A DNA stretch of 64,000 nt from a virus (lineage: Duplodnaviria; Heunggongvirae; Uroviricota; Caudoviricetes). The notes under the pieces were generated by a model, which saw only the letters and a list, made by a program, of their open reading frames with translations, ran no database searches and was not told the DNA's origin. Location: positions 67,216 to 131,215 of IMG/VR virus record IMGVR_UViG_3300049049_000146; one strand, 5' to 3'. Below, piece by piece: positions 27,051 to 35,757 of the stretch. The first letter of the stretch is position 1. Each line of letters starts with the position of its first letter. The position numbers were made by a program, and so were the translations under genes.

Positions 27051-27221
27051 CTAGGGTTTGGTTTCGAGTAACTGATCGAGTTCCTGTTCGAGCTTCTTTC
27101 GCTCTTCAGAGTCAACAGGCAACTGTTGAATCTTCTCGAAGAGTTCGTCCCTACGCTGGATGAATTCCGGATCGGTCGGAATTCGCGGAGGCGGCTTGTC
27201 GAGCCGTGCACCAGTCTTCAT
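27051..27221 (-). CDS. small coiled-coil protein (56 aa, MKTGARLDKPPPRIPTDPEFIQRRDELFEKIQQL...)
   Basis: Not in the track; ATGA overlap with the stop of the 27218..27616 frame; coordinates approximate. Confidence 0.4.
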   Translation of the reverse strand: MKTGARLDKPPPRIPTDPEFIQRRDELFEKIQQLPVDSEERKKLEQELDQLLETKP

Positions 27222-27389
27222 TCGGCCATTAGCTCCAGCGCAAGTATTTTCAGGTACTCGACAAACATGATGCGACTCGCGCCCTGGAGGCGCTTGGAGT
27301 TCTTCGCAAGCTCCAGTACGCCGTCCAGGGCGTCCTGCTTTCTCTTCAGTTCCGGGTCAACGACCCTTCGCGTTACGAGAAGCTGGTAT

Positions 27390-28094
27390 TCAGGCGGCTT
27401 CGTCGTCTGCGTCTTCGACTCGGGGGTTTCGTGCGCGCTCTCGGACGGCCTTGGCGAGTCGTCGGTCGTGGATTCCGCACTTCCGTCGGAACTCGGACCA
27501 GAGGTATTCGATGTAGAGTCGCTCACGTCGCTTCTCGATTTCCTTGGCGAGGCATGCGTATGCACGCTTCTCGTAATCCTTCGCGCCGATCTTGATGCGG
27601 AATCGGCGATACGCATGAACGCTGTCGGGCATGAATCGATGGAACGTGGTGGCGAGATCCATCGCGTCGAGAGTGTGTTTACGGATCCACTCCTCGGTGA
27701 TGTCAGCCGGCTCGTCTGCGTCGTACTTCACGCCGAAGAACTCGGCAAGCTCTAGTTGGATGGCACCAACACGAGCTTCGCGCAGCGTGGCTTGATAGGT
27801 GTTGGGGTCGTTGTAGGACTTCCCCATCAGGTACACCTGCCGAATGTGCAGGCCCCACCCCGGTCGAGTGCACCGCTCGTCGTCGATCTCGATGAAGTGC
27901 GCCATCTCGTGCAGGAGATTCGAAACGTGAACCTGCGGCCCTGCCCTACCGCCCAGGATAATCCCGTTGAAATCACGGGGGTCCATGTACTGCATCCGGT
28001 TGGTCCACTCGACCTTCATGCCTTCCACGTTGAGGTCGACGCGAACTCCGGTACCTTCGACCCACTTGAGGGGGTCAGTCGGAATGCTGTCCAT
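27390..28094 (-). CDS. HExxH motif protein (putative zinc metallopeptidase)
   Basis: Start at MDSIPTD directly after motif copy 5; LLHEMAHFIEIDD motif. Confidence 0.5.
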   Translation of the reverse strand: MDSIPTDPLKWVEGTGVRVDLNVEGMKVEWTNRMQYMDPRDFNGIILGGRAGPQVHVSNLLHEMAHFIEIDDERCTRPGWGLHIRQVYLMGKSYNDPNTYQATLREARVGAIQLELAEFFGVKYDADEPADITEEWIRKHTLDAMDLATTFHRFMPDSVHAYRRFRIKIGAKDYEKRAYACLAKEIEKRRERLYIEYLWSEFRRKCGIHDRRLAKAVRERARNPRVEDADDEAA

Positions 28095-28098
28095 GCCT

Positions 28099-28118
28099 AG
28101 TAGTATCGGCGGACTTTG
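28099..28118 (-). promoter_or_regulatory. conserved intergenic motif copy 5 (GCAAAGTCCGCCGATACTAC)
   Basis: Immediately (~4 nt) upstream of the ATG at 28094. Confidence 0.45.
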
Positions 28119-28234
28119 CGTCGATCTCGGCGAGACGAGCCTCCATGCGCTCATTGAATTCTCGCCTACGCCGCGTGCTCTCCTTCAGCACAGCAGCAAG
28201 CTTTTCGAGCGATTCACGATACGCACGGAGCGTA

Positions 28235-28696
28235 TCACGAAGCTGATCTAGGGAATCGGACATCTCGCGCAGCCCTCCAGCAATAGGAGCCAGCGAACAT
28301 GAACAGCACCCCGAACGCAACCATTAGACCCTTCACGTACGGAGTCGTTTCCATGAGAGGACTGAAGACGATGAAGCACGAGGCGTAACCTGCGCACATC
28401 CCCGCCATGATTCCGACGCTACGAACGTGATGAATGGTCTGATTGACCGAGCCCTCCCGAATGCGGCGAATCTCAGGGTCTTCGGCTCGCACCCGGGTCT
28501 CCTCAATCTTCGCCAGCAAGTCTTCAACCTTGTTCTCGGCCTCTTCCTTCCCGGCCACCATGAGGTCGGTTGCGTCGAGAAGCTCGCGCCACGTGCAGCC
28601 CTCGGACATTCCAAGAAGCCGAGCAAGACCCCTGCGGCGAGAATCGTTCTCCTTAAGGACGCGATCGTACTCCATCTCGCGCTCGTTAGCCATCAT
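28235..28696 (-). CDS. membrane protein
   Basis: 153 aa; two C-terminal hydrophobic helices. Confidence 0.5.
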   Translation of the reverse strand: MMANEREMEYDRVLKENDSRRRGLARLLGMSEGCTWRELLDATDLMVAGKEEAENKVEDLLAKIEETRVRAEDPEIRRIREGSVNQTIHHVRSVGIMAGMCAGYASCFIVFSPLMETTPYVKGLMVAFGVLFMFAGSYCWRAARDVRFPRSAS

Positions 28697-28893
28697 CCAA
28701 CCTTCTTTTGGCCGTTCACGTACGTCTCAATTACACGCTCAGAAGTACGGCCGCTGAGCGTCTGACGCTGAATCAGTTCAGCCTTGCCATTGGCTGACGC
28801 CCGCTTTGCAAGGTGGCGAGCAGTCTCGACCTTTGGCGTTGGTGGAGTCTTTTCCCTGGAAGTCTTCACGTAGTAGGAGACCGAGTCGGCCAT
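28693..28893 (-). CDS. hypothetical protein
   Basis: 66 aa ORF. Confidence 0.4.
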   Translation of the reverse strand: MADSVSYYVKTSREKTPPTPKVETARHLAKRASANGKAELIQRQTLSGRTSERVIETYVNGQKKVG

Positions 28894-29492
28894 TTGTATC
28901 CCTCGCTCAGAATGGAATGGATGTGGATGACGTCCACGTAAAGCTGCTGGTGCTCGGGGTCTTCGTCGTTATTGTCGACGACGAAGTTAGCCCACTTCAC
29001 CTTTTCCTCGACGGGCATCTGCGCTGCGATTCGCTGGCGTGCCTGGGCCTCATTGAATCCGTTGCGCGCCATGAGCCTACGCAGCTGCGTCTCAGGGCTC
29101 GTCTTTACAACAATGAGCGCATCGAACATGCGAAGATCGCCACGTTCGATAAGCGTCGCCGATTCGAAGATGGCGTACATTCCCGTACCCGCAGCCAGGC
29201 GCTTGTGGGCCTCCTCCATCGCAAGCGGGACCACGATGGATTCAAGCAGCTGGAGCTTCTGCTGGTCTGCAAAGACGATGTCCCCGAGCGCCCTACGGTC
29301 GATCGTTTCCTCGGGCGTGAGAATGTCCGTGCCGAATGCGTCAACGACCCGCTCGAATCCAACCGTACCCGGCTGGACTACGTCGCGAGAAATCTGGTCG
29401 GCGTCCACGCAGTGGACCTTGCACATCTGGAAGAGCTTACGGACGGTGCTCTTACCGCAGGCAATCCCACCTGTGAGTCCTACGATCTTCAT
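28866..29492 (-). CDS. dephospho-CoA kinase-like P-loop kinase (CoaE family)
   Basis: 208 aa; MKIVGLTGGIACGKST Walker A; VDADQI motif typical of CoaE. Confidence 0.7.
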   Translation of the reverse strand: MKIVGLTGGIACGKSTVRKLFQMCKVHCVDADQISRDVVQPGTVGFERVVDAFGTDILTPEETIDRRALGDIVFADQQKLQLLESIVVPLAMEEAHKRLAAGTGMYAIFESATLIERGDLRMFDALIVVKTSPETQLRRLMARNGFNEAQARQRIAAQMPVEEKVKWANFVVDNNDEDPEHQQLYVDVIHIHSILSEGYKWPTRSPTT

Positions 29493-30424
29493 TTCGCTTC
29501 TCCGCTAATCCAAGCGGCGTCGTGGCTGACCTTCGTATCGTAGACAGAGAATTCGACAATCGTCTTTCCGATCTCGAATCCCTGCACACCCAGGTCGTGC
29601 TTCAACGCGTCGAGCTTCTCGTTAAAAGACTCCGCCGTGCCCGTCGAGATGCGCAGCGTCATCATGATCATGAACTTGTCGCCATCGAGCTTCTTGAAGA
29701 CGTTACGCGACAGCTTGGCTCCGTGACCCTGGGCTACGGCCCGCAGCGCTCCCTGACGCTCCTCAGTGCACACGATGTTGAGATGCGACTCGAAGTAGCA
29801 GTTCGGCGGCATCTTCGGATTCTGGTGCCGCGCCGAGGGGGCCGAGGGGTGCCACGGAATCGTCTCGATCTTCTCACGGCAGACGAAATACCCGCCCGCA
29901 GCAAGGGCGTCCGAGATCCGCTTCATCTCCGCGTATGCCGTGCGGTTGTCTCCGATGTGAACCGAGGACGTCATCAGGTCTTTGATCACGCCATCATTCT
30001 GGGTATGAAGGTCGAGAAGAATGGGCTTGACGCCAATCTCTTCGCACTTCTTTCGGAAGTCCTCGACGAAGCTTTCACGCACGGTCACGTGGATTTCGTA
30101 CGGGACCGGGTACTTCGCCTTGACTTCACGCGCCTGAAGATCGGCCCAGTAAATCGCCTTACGGTTGATGACCTCGTCGATCTCGTCGTCGGTAGCACCA
30201 AGGTCATACCCGACCGAGAGGACGCACAGGAGCGCGTCTGCAACCTCCTCAAGAATTCGCTCACGGTCCACGAAGCGGTGCGTCGTGGCGTAGGCATTCT
30301 CGAACGGGAGAACGACCTTCGCTAACTCGCCCACCTCCTCGACGGTCTTGAGCGTCTTCTGAGTGAGGGTCTTCTTATCCGTCGCCGTCAGTCGGCGAAT
30401 CAGGTCGAACGTGCTTGGCTTCAT
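29489..30424 (-). CDS. MazG-like NTP pyrophosphohydrolase domain protein with C-terminal extension
   Basis: 311 aa; EEVGELAKVV and EEVADALLCVL (EExGE / EExxD) motifs in the N-terminal ~100 aa. Confidence 0.6.
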   Translation of the reverse strand: MKPSTFDLIRRLTATDKKTLTQKTLKTVEEVGELAKVVLPFENAYATTHRFVDRERILEEVADALLCVLSVGYDLGATDDEIDEVINRKAIYWADLQAREVKAKYPVPYEIHVTVRESFVEDFRKKCEEIGVKPILLDLHTQNDGVIKDLMTSSVHIGDNRTAYAEMKRISDALAAGGYFVCREKIETIPWHPSAPSARHQNPKMPPNCYFESHLNIVCTEERQGALRAVAQGHGAKLSRNVFKKLDGDKFMIMMTLRISTGTAESFNEKLDALKHDLGVQGFEIGKTIVEFSVYDTKVSHDAAWISGEAK

Positions 30425-30605
30425 GCGGCCTCAGGTGAAGGAGTGAAACGGACAACCACTGGTTGCCTCCGTCGCTCCTATTTACAAGAGCCCGCTTTGC
30501 GCCCTTCACGAGAGGATAACGAAGTGTGACCATCCGCCATTCCTTCTTGTGTGCGCGGAACACGTATAGTTCGGTGCCCGCAGGAATGGTGTCCGTGACC
30601 TTCAC
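30375..30605 (-). CDS. hypothetical protein
   Basis: 76 aa ORF. Confidence 0.35.
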   Translation of the reverse strand: MKVTDTIPAGTELYVFRAHKKEWRMVTLRYPLVKGAKRALVNRSDGGNQWLSVSLLHLRPHEAKHVRPDSPTDGDG

Positions 30606-30979
30606 TTGCGCTTCCTTGCGCGACGGCGCTTATCCGCCTCGTCGATGATTCCCTGAAGAGCCTTCATAGCCTCGCCCGGCTGCACGTGATCGACGTGCAC
30701 TTCGTTCGCGAGAATCGCAGCGTCTTCTAATCCCGCATCCATGAGGGCCTTTGCGATCTTCGCCCTCATGTACGTCTGCCCGTGAGCAAAGCGCTTCCGA
30801 GCAGTTCCCTCGTGCACCTTCGTACACTTCGCCTTGTGCTGCTGATAGCGACGAGTGAGAACGCCGACGTGCTCCTTCAGGTCATCGTTCTGCTTGATTA
30901 GTTCCAGTAGCTTTTCATCATCGGCGTCAATTGCCTTGAAATACATCGAGGAGATATCGTCCCTCGTCAGCTGAGTCAT
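30602..30979 (-). CDS. hypothetical protein
   Basis: 125 aa ORF; basic C-terminus. Confidence 0.5.
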   Translation of the reverse strand: MTQLTRDDISSMYFKAIDADDEKLLELIKQNDDLKEHVGVLTRRYQQHKAKCTKVHEGTARKRFAHGQTYMRAKIAKALMDAGLEDAAILANEVHVDHVQPGEAMKALQGIIDEADKRRRARKRK

Positions 30980-31051
30980 CTACACCTCACAAAAAGAAAA
31001 GGGCCGGGCAGCACGAAGCGACCCGACCCTTCCCTCACATGCCAGCGCTAA

Positions 31052-32941
31052 TTAGCGGGTAGCCGGCTTACCGTTCTTATCTTCCTTGCGCACCGGGGCA
31101 GCAGCCGTCGGAGGCTCCGGAGCGAGAGCCGTGGTCGCGGCCTCCGTGAGTTGACGGACGACGCCCACGACCTGCTCCTTAGTTCCATCCGAGAGATTCT
31201 CCAGAAGCCCCTCGACCTGCGTCGCGAACTTCTGCCCGGAACCAAACGAACGAATCATCTCGTTCACCTGCTCGGGGGTGCCGTAGAGCTTCGCGTCGAT
31301 GCGCTGGAACATGGTCGCCTGGGCCTGTGCCATCGCAATGCGGACTTCCTTCTCCGCATTGACCTGGAGCTTCGCGATCTCGAAGTCCTGGGCCACCTTA
31401 CCATGCTTCTCGCGAGCCTCAAGCTCGGGCTTGATGACGGTCTCGACGCGCTCGCGCTCGACGGCAACCTCGGCCTTCTTCACCTCGATCGGCACCATGG
31501 CCTTTGCCATGTCACCGGCCGCACGCTGCTTCTCCGCCTCTGCGGCGGCTTCGGCGCCCTTGCGGACAGCCTCGGCCTCTGCGTCAGCCGCAGCCTTGCG
31601 GGCACGAGCAGCCGCCTCGATCTGGTACGACTCGGCGTCGGCCTGCTTCGAACGACGAAGGTAATCGCGCTCTGCCTCAGCCTGGGCCTCGACAATGCTC
31701 TTGGCCTTCGCACGCTCTGCCTCGGCCGTGACCTTGATCGTCTCGACCTCCTGCTGAGCCTTCTCGACCTCGGCCTCCTTTTGCGCGAGGAGGCGCTCCT
31801 TTTCGGCACGCTCGGCCTGCGCAGCAGCGACCGCAGCTTCCTTTTCCTGCTGGGTCACGAGAGTCGCCTGCTCGCGCTTCTCACGAGCAATTGCGACCTC
31901 ACGACTCGTCGCTTCATTTGCAAGCTGCACCGCCTGGGCCTTCTCCGCCTCGGCAAGTGCGAGCGCCTGCTGACGAGCGGTCTCCGCGACCTCCAGAGCC
32001 TTCGTCTTCTCGATGGCTGCGAGGTGCGTCTCGCGCTCCATCTCGATGACCTTCATCTGAGCATCGCGGTCAGCCTGGGCCTGAATGCGCTGGACTTCAG
32101 CATTCTGAAGGGCCATTGCCTCCTTCTCCTGCTGGTCGAGAGCCAGAATGCGCTTCTTATTCTCGACGTCCTGCTGCTTACGGCGCTCCTCACCGTCGCG
32201 GACGAGACGATTGCGTTCGGTCAAGCTCGACTCGGTGATTTCCGCGATCTTGCGGGCACCCTGAGCGTCGAAGATATTGTTGGTCTTCAGGAACTTCGGG
32301 TCCGTCTGGTCGAGGCTCGAAATCGTCACCGTCTCCAGGACGAGACCGTTGTTCTTGAGATCGTCCTGAAGAAGCTTCGTGACGTCCTCCAGGAACGAAT
32401 CACGTTCGCTATTCAGCGCCTCCAGAGACTTCGTGGCCGCAGCCGTACGAAGCGCAGAGACGAGCTTGTCTTCGACAAGCAACTTCACCTGCTCGGGGTT
32501 GTCCATTGCCTCACCGAGCGAACGAGCAGCCTGGAGAACCGCGTCCTCCTGCGGATTCACGCGAACGAAGAATTCGGCGCGAACGTCAGCACGCAGCTTG
32601 TCATGAGTGATGAGCGCATCCACGCCGGCACGCTGGACCTCCAGCTTGATCGTGCGCAGCGAGACGCGGGTCAACTCGTGGATGAACGGGATGATCACCG
32701 CGCCGCCATCCTGGATGACCTTAGCGCCGCCCTGACCCGTACGTACGAAAGCCTCCGACGCCTTCGTCTTCTGATAGAGACGAGTGAAGACGAATGCGAC
32801 ACCACTGAAGAGAATCAGCGCGACGCCCGAGCCGGTCAGACCAACCTGCGTTCCGGTACCCACCGGAATGCCGAGGATCTGAAGGACGATCGGTGTGGCA
32901 ACGAGCAGCACACCGAAGATGAATGCGATAAGAACTGCCAT
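31052..32941 (-). CDS. flotillin-like SPFH (band 7) protein
   Basis: 629 aa; N-terminal TM helix, SPFH core, long Ala/Glu-rich coiled coil (EA repeats) as in YqiK/FloT. Confidence 0.8.
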   Translation of the reverse strand: MAVLIAFIFGVLLVATPIVLQILGIPVGTGTQVGLTGSGVALILFSGVAFVFTRLYQKTKASEAFVRTGQGGAKVIQDGGAVIIPFIHELTRVSLRTIKLEVQRAGVDALITHDKLRADVRAEFFVRVNPQEDAVLQAARSLGEAMDNPEQVKLLVEDKLVSALRTAAATKSLEALNSERDSFLEDVTKLLQDDLKNNGLVLETVTISSLDQTDPKFLKTNNIFDAQGARKIAEITESSLTERNRLVRDGEERRKQQDVENKKRILALDQQEKEAMALQNAEVQRIQAQADRDAQMKVIEMERETHLAAIEKTKALEVAETARQQALALAEAEKAQAVQLANEATSREVAIAREKREQATLVTQQEKEAAVAAAQAERAEKERLLAQKEAEVEKAQQEVETIKVTAEAERAKAKSIVEAQAEAERDYLRRSKQADAESYQIEAAARARKAAADAEAEAVRKGAEAAAEAEKQRAAGDMAKAMVPIEVKKAEVAVERERVETVIKPELEAREKHGKVAQDFEIAKLQVNAEKEVRIAMAQAQATMFQRIDAKLYGTPEQVNEMIRSFGSGQKFATQVEGLLENLSDGTKEQVVGVVRQLTEAATTALAPEPPTAAAPVRKEDKNGKPATR

Positions 32942-32966
32942 GAGACTTTACCTTTCTATTGAGCTT

Positions 32967-33551
32967 TCAGGAGGGAAGCTGCTCCACCACAAAGGTGGAT
33001 TTCTCTTCGTCGAAATTGACGACCAGAACCTTTTCGCCCCGAGCGATTTCACCCGCTTCGGTCTTGGCAGGAATTCGGTGAAGCGAACCAGAAGCGTCTC
33101 GCACGTCCGCCGAGCCAGACGTAGGAGTAATGCGAGTAATCACAGTGGCTTCACGTCCAACCAAGTCGGACGACTTCTTGGTGTACGTCTCGACCGTGGG
33201 AATGAACCGGCCCACGATCCGAGCGAACATCGAAGTCGAGATCACAGAGAAGACAATCGCGAACACCAGGCTGTAGAACTCGATGCTGTCAATGAAGTGC
33301 TCGCCTACCATGACGAAGAGCACACCCGCCGCGCCGAAGGAGAGCAGGTAGCTCATCACCAAAATGGCAACAGGGGCCTTTCCTACGCCGAGGAGTGAAA
33401 GCATCCCTCCGTGATGGTCGTGATCGACATCCGGGTGCCCGTCCATGTCGAGGTCAACACCCAGCGCGCCCATCGCGGTCAGACCGACGAGGACAACCGC
33501 AAGAGCAATCGCGGTGTAGTAGAGATACACGACCCAGAGAACATCAGCCAT
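32967..33551 (-). CDS. NfeD-like membrane protein (flotillin partner)
   Basis: 194 aa; N-terminal multi-TM region plus C-terminal OB/beta-barrel-like segment; immediately upstream of the flotillin, as in yqiJ-yqiK/yuaF-floT operons. Confidence 0.7.
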   Translation of the reverse strand: MADVLWVVYLYYTAIALAVVLVGLTAMGALGVDLDMDGHPDVDHDHHGGMLSLLGVGKAPVAILVMSYLLSFGAAGVLFVMVGEHFIDSIEFYSLVFAIVFSVISTSMFARIVGRFIPTVETYTKKSSDLVGREATVITRITPTSGSADVRDASGSLHRIPAKTEAGEIARGEKVLVVNFDEEKSTFVVEQLPS

Positions 33552-33575
33552 CGATCTGCCCCTTGTGTTTACAGT

Positions 33576-33770
33576 TCATCTACAATCCTCACCGCAGTAG
33601 CAGAGCCATGGCCAGCGGTACATTGGGTGATACCAGCTTCGCTGGTAGCAAGTTTCCATGCACTCACGGCATGATTCAGTCATGCCCGAGGAATGCTCCC
33701 GCCATGCAGCAGGAGCTTCCTGATTCGTACAGCCCGCGGCTAAGCAGGCGATGAAGAAAAGGCGCTTCAT
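33576..33770 (-). CDS. small Cys-rich lipoprotein-like secreted protein
   Basis: 64 aa; lipobox-like LAAGC. Confidence 0.5.
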   Translation of the reverse strand: MKRLFFIACLAAGCTNQEAPAAWREHSSGMTESCRECMETCYQRSWYHPMYRWPWLCYCGEDCR

Positions 33771-33964
33771 TCGTAACGCTTACGAAGCTTGGCATCGTCA
33801 GTGAAGAACTCTCCGAGCCACTCGTGACGCATGCCGCCGTTGTGCGTCGTAACGATTCGACGTCCTATCGTTCCCTCATACTCCACGAGTACACCAGGTA
33901 CCCATGAGCCCGCAACTTCAACGTAGACGTTTTCGCCCTTTTTGTAGTTCACGTTACGATTCAC
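33767..33964 (-). CDS. hypothetical protein
   Basis: 65 aa ORF. Confidence 0.45.
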   Translation of the reverse strand: MNRNVNYKKGENVYVEVAGSWVPGVLVEYEGTIGRRIVTTHNGGMRHEWLGEFFTDDAKLRKRYE

Positions 33965-34767
33965 GAATTATCTCCATCATCGATGTCAATCGTCTTCGGC
34001 AGTTCCACCTGGCCGAGAATGATCGGCTCTCCCGGCTCTACGCTAGGAAAAACAATCTGGGCCTCGACGTCGTCTCCCCGCGGCTCTGCCACCACGAAGA
34101 TTTCTGCCTGGCTCGAACCAGGAAGCGGGCGGAGATTGTCCATGATGAAAGCGGGCAGCTTGGGCTTCGGCTCAGGCCCCGCTCCCAGCCATTCGCGCAA
34201 CTGAGCACGGTCCATGTTCGGCTGGCTCTGCATCGAGTCGATGATATCGGGCGGCGCCGCTGCAATGATGTTCCTCATCGCATCTTCAATCGTGGCCTGT
34301 GCGATGGAACGATGGATGAAATTCTCTTCGCCGTCTGCTCCGTCGTGCAGGTCAACGAGTTCATTCATCGACCACACCACGCCCGTATCGACACCCTCGA
34401 TGAATGAATCCATCAGTGCCTGCGTCTGCTTTTCCTCTTCAGCGCGCTCCGCCTCTCTGAGAGCAGGCATGCGCCGAGCGTGCTCGATTTCCCAGCGGGC
34501 ACCAGTCCAGGCAGATTCGCCAGGCCAGAACGATTCCATCTTGTTGAGAAGCGCTTCGGCCTCGTCGTACTTCTCGTCCTCGATGAGACGCGCAATAGCG
34601 TCGTTGTCCGTCCACGATTCCGTGGCGTAAGCCAACTCGCTGAGCGCCCAACGGACACGTCGCTTGAGCCTATGGCTGAGCTTCGTGCGGTCGAATGCCG
34701 GGTCAGGATACCTGCGAATGAGATTCAGCAGGAAGTAAACAGCCGTATCGTACATCACTTCTCGCAA
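33961..34767 (-). CDS. hypothetical protein
   Basis: 268 aa ORF. Confidence 0.55.
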   Translation of the reverse strand: MREVMYDTAVYFLLNLIRRYPDPAFDRTKLSHRLKRRVRWALSELAYATESWTDNDAIARLIEDEKYDEAEALLNKMESFWPGESAWTGARWEIEHARRMPALREAERAEEEKQTQALMDSFIEGVDTGVVWSMNELVDLHDGADGEENFIHRSIAQATIEDAMRNIIAAAPPDIIDSMQSQPNMDRAQLREWLGAGPEPKPKLPAFIMDNLRPLPGSSQAEIFVVAEPRGDDVEAQIVFPSVEPGEPIILGQVELPKTIDIDDGDNS

Positions 34768-35405
34768 TCTTCAGAGTGCTGATTTCCGGCGACGCACATG
34801 CCATAACAGCAAGGCTCCTCAGCGCTCTTCGAACTCACGCTGTGGCCCATGGCGCGAGAATTCATGAACTCGATGAATGCCTCTTCGAGCGCGGCCTGTT
34901 CGTAGGTACGGCCATTCTTGTTCGGCTGCCGGTGATTTCCGTAGAGCACCGCAAGAGAGGCGGTCTTCGCTGCCTTGCGTTCTTGCGGAGTTACTTCCTC
35001 CGCCGCCTTGTTGAACATCCTCGCAGCATTCTCGCGATGGATGTCGCCGCCGTCGAAGCCCGCCTTGAAGTAGAAAACGCGCGGCTTCGTCTTGCCCCGC
35101 TGCGTGCGATCAATGGCACGCAGGACGTCCAGGCCCCTCGCTAGATCGGCGTCACACTGAGGACACGACGCATCTCGGAACATGTCCTTAGCGGCGCACG
35201 GGAAATGGGCGGCGGACCTGTCGGCGGGAGTCGTGACGTACTGCGGCTCGTAGCGTCCGACGAACTGATTCTCGTACTCCGTCTTGAAGACGTACTTCTT
35301 CTCGACGGGAGCCTCGTACGCTCGGCACTTCGGATTCGTGCACCCCTCCGAACTCATGAGGAGGGTCAAGCGACAATCAGAATTGCAGTACAGACAGGTG
35401 GCCAT
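34755..35405 (-). CDS. protein containing a family-A DNA polymerase O-helix (motif B) segment fused to an N-terminal Cys-rich region (fragment, pseudogene or split gene)
   Basis: 216 aa; DIHRENAARMFNKAAEEVTPQERKAAKTASLAVLYG aligns without gaps to E. coli Pol I [36 protein letters not shown]; no motif A or motif C in this or neighbouring ORFs. Confidence 0.55.
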   Translation of the reverse strand: MATCLYCNSDCRLTLLMSSEGCTNPKCRAYEAPVEKKYVFKTEYENQFVGRYEPQYVTTPADRSAAHFPCAAKDMFRDASCPQCDADLARGLDVLRAIDRTQRGKTKPRVFYFKAGFDGGDIHRENAARMFNKAAEEVTPQERKAAKTASLAVLYGNHRQPNKNGRTYEQAALEEAFIEFMNSRAMGHSVSSKSAEEPCCYGMCVAGNQHSEDCEK

Positions 35406-35757
35406 TAGTGATTTCCTTCTTCAGCCAAGCACGAAAGCGCATGAATATCGTCGCGTATTCACCGCAACACGCGCAAACGTGCCATTCTTCGTAATTCCTA
35501 CCCAAATGGAGAATCGCATCACCGTAGATGCGAACACGCTTGATTGCAATGTGGTTGTGCTTGCACACAGGTCGCGACGGTTTACGGTAGGGGCTCAAGG
35601 GATTCCCTTCTCCTTGAACCACTCTAACGCGCGGTCCAAAGCACATTGGAATTGTTTGAAGTCTAACCCGTCGTAATCTCGAATCCCGCATCTCGCACAG
35701 AACTTCGGGGACTTCACCCTGAAATCCTCGGGCTCGAAGTACGTCAATTCGAACCAA
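35377..35757 (-). CDS. hypothetical Cys/His-rich protein (possible HNH-like; frame uncertain)
   Basis: 126 aa; CKHNH...HVCACCGEY; overlaps 35595..35891 in another frame. Confidence 0.35.
   Translation of the reverse strand: MVRIDVLRARGFQGEVPEVLCEMRDSRLRRVRLQTIPMCFGPRVRVVQGEGNPLSPYRKPSRPVCKHNHIAIKRVRIYGDAILHLGRNYEEWHVCACCGEYATIFMRFRAWLKKEITNGHLSVLQF

Noticed and set aside
28075-28320. 81-aa ORF reading through motif copy 5
   Set aside because: Its 3' end would be encoded by the conserved motif, and it overlaps the end of 28235..28696. It is probably not a gene; if it is real, only the MSDSLDQL... part is.
31151-32962. 603-aa plus-strand ORF, plus other long plus-strand ORFs (10360..11244, 15844..16710, 18927..20213, 41894..43060, 45123..45893, 47808..48404)
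   Set aside because: Leu/Arg/Ala/Gly-dominated low-complexity translations lying exactly antisense to convincing minus-strand genes (flotillin, HNH, AlkB and others). They are shadow ORFs typical of GC-rich DNA, not genes.
33961-34767. Reading the 268-aa ORF as the continuation of the PolA fragment (post-motif-B region and motif C)
   Set aside because: A loose resemblance to the F..PG segment exists, but there is no HDE motif C and the 70-aa N-terminus has no counterpart in PolA. The similarity is too weak and out of register.
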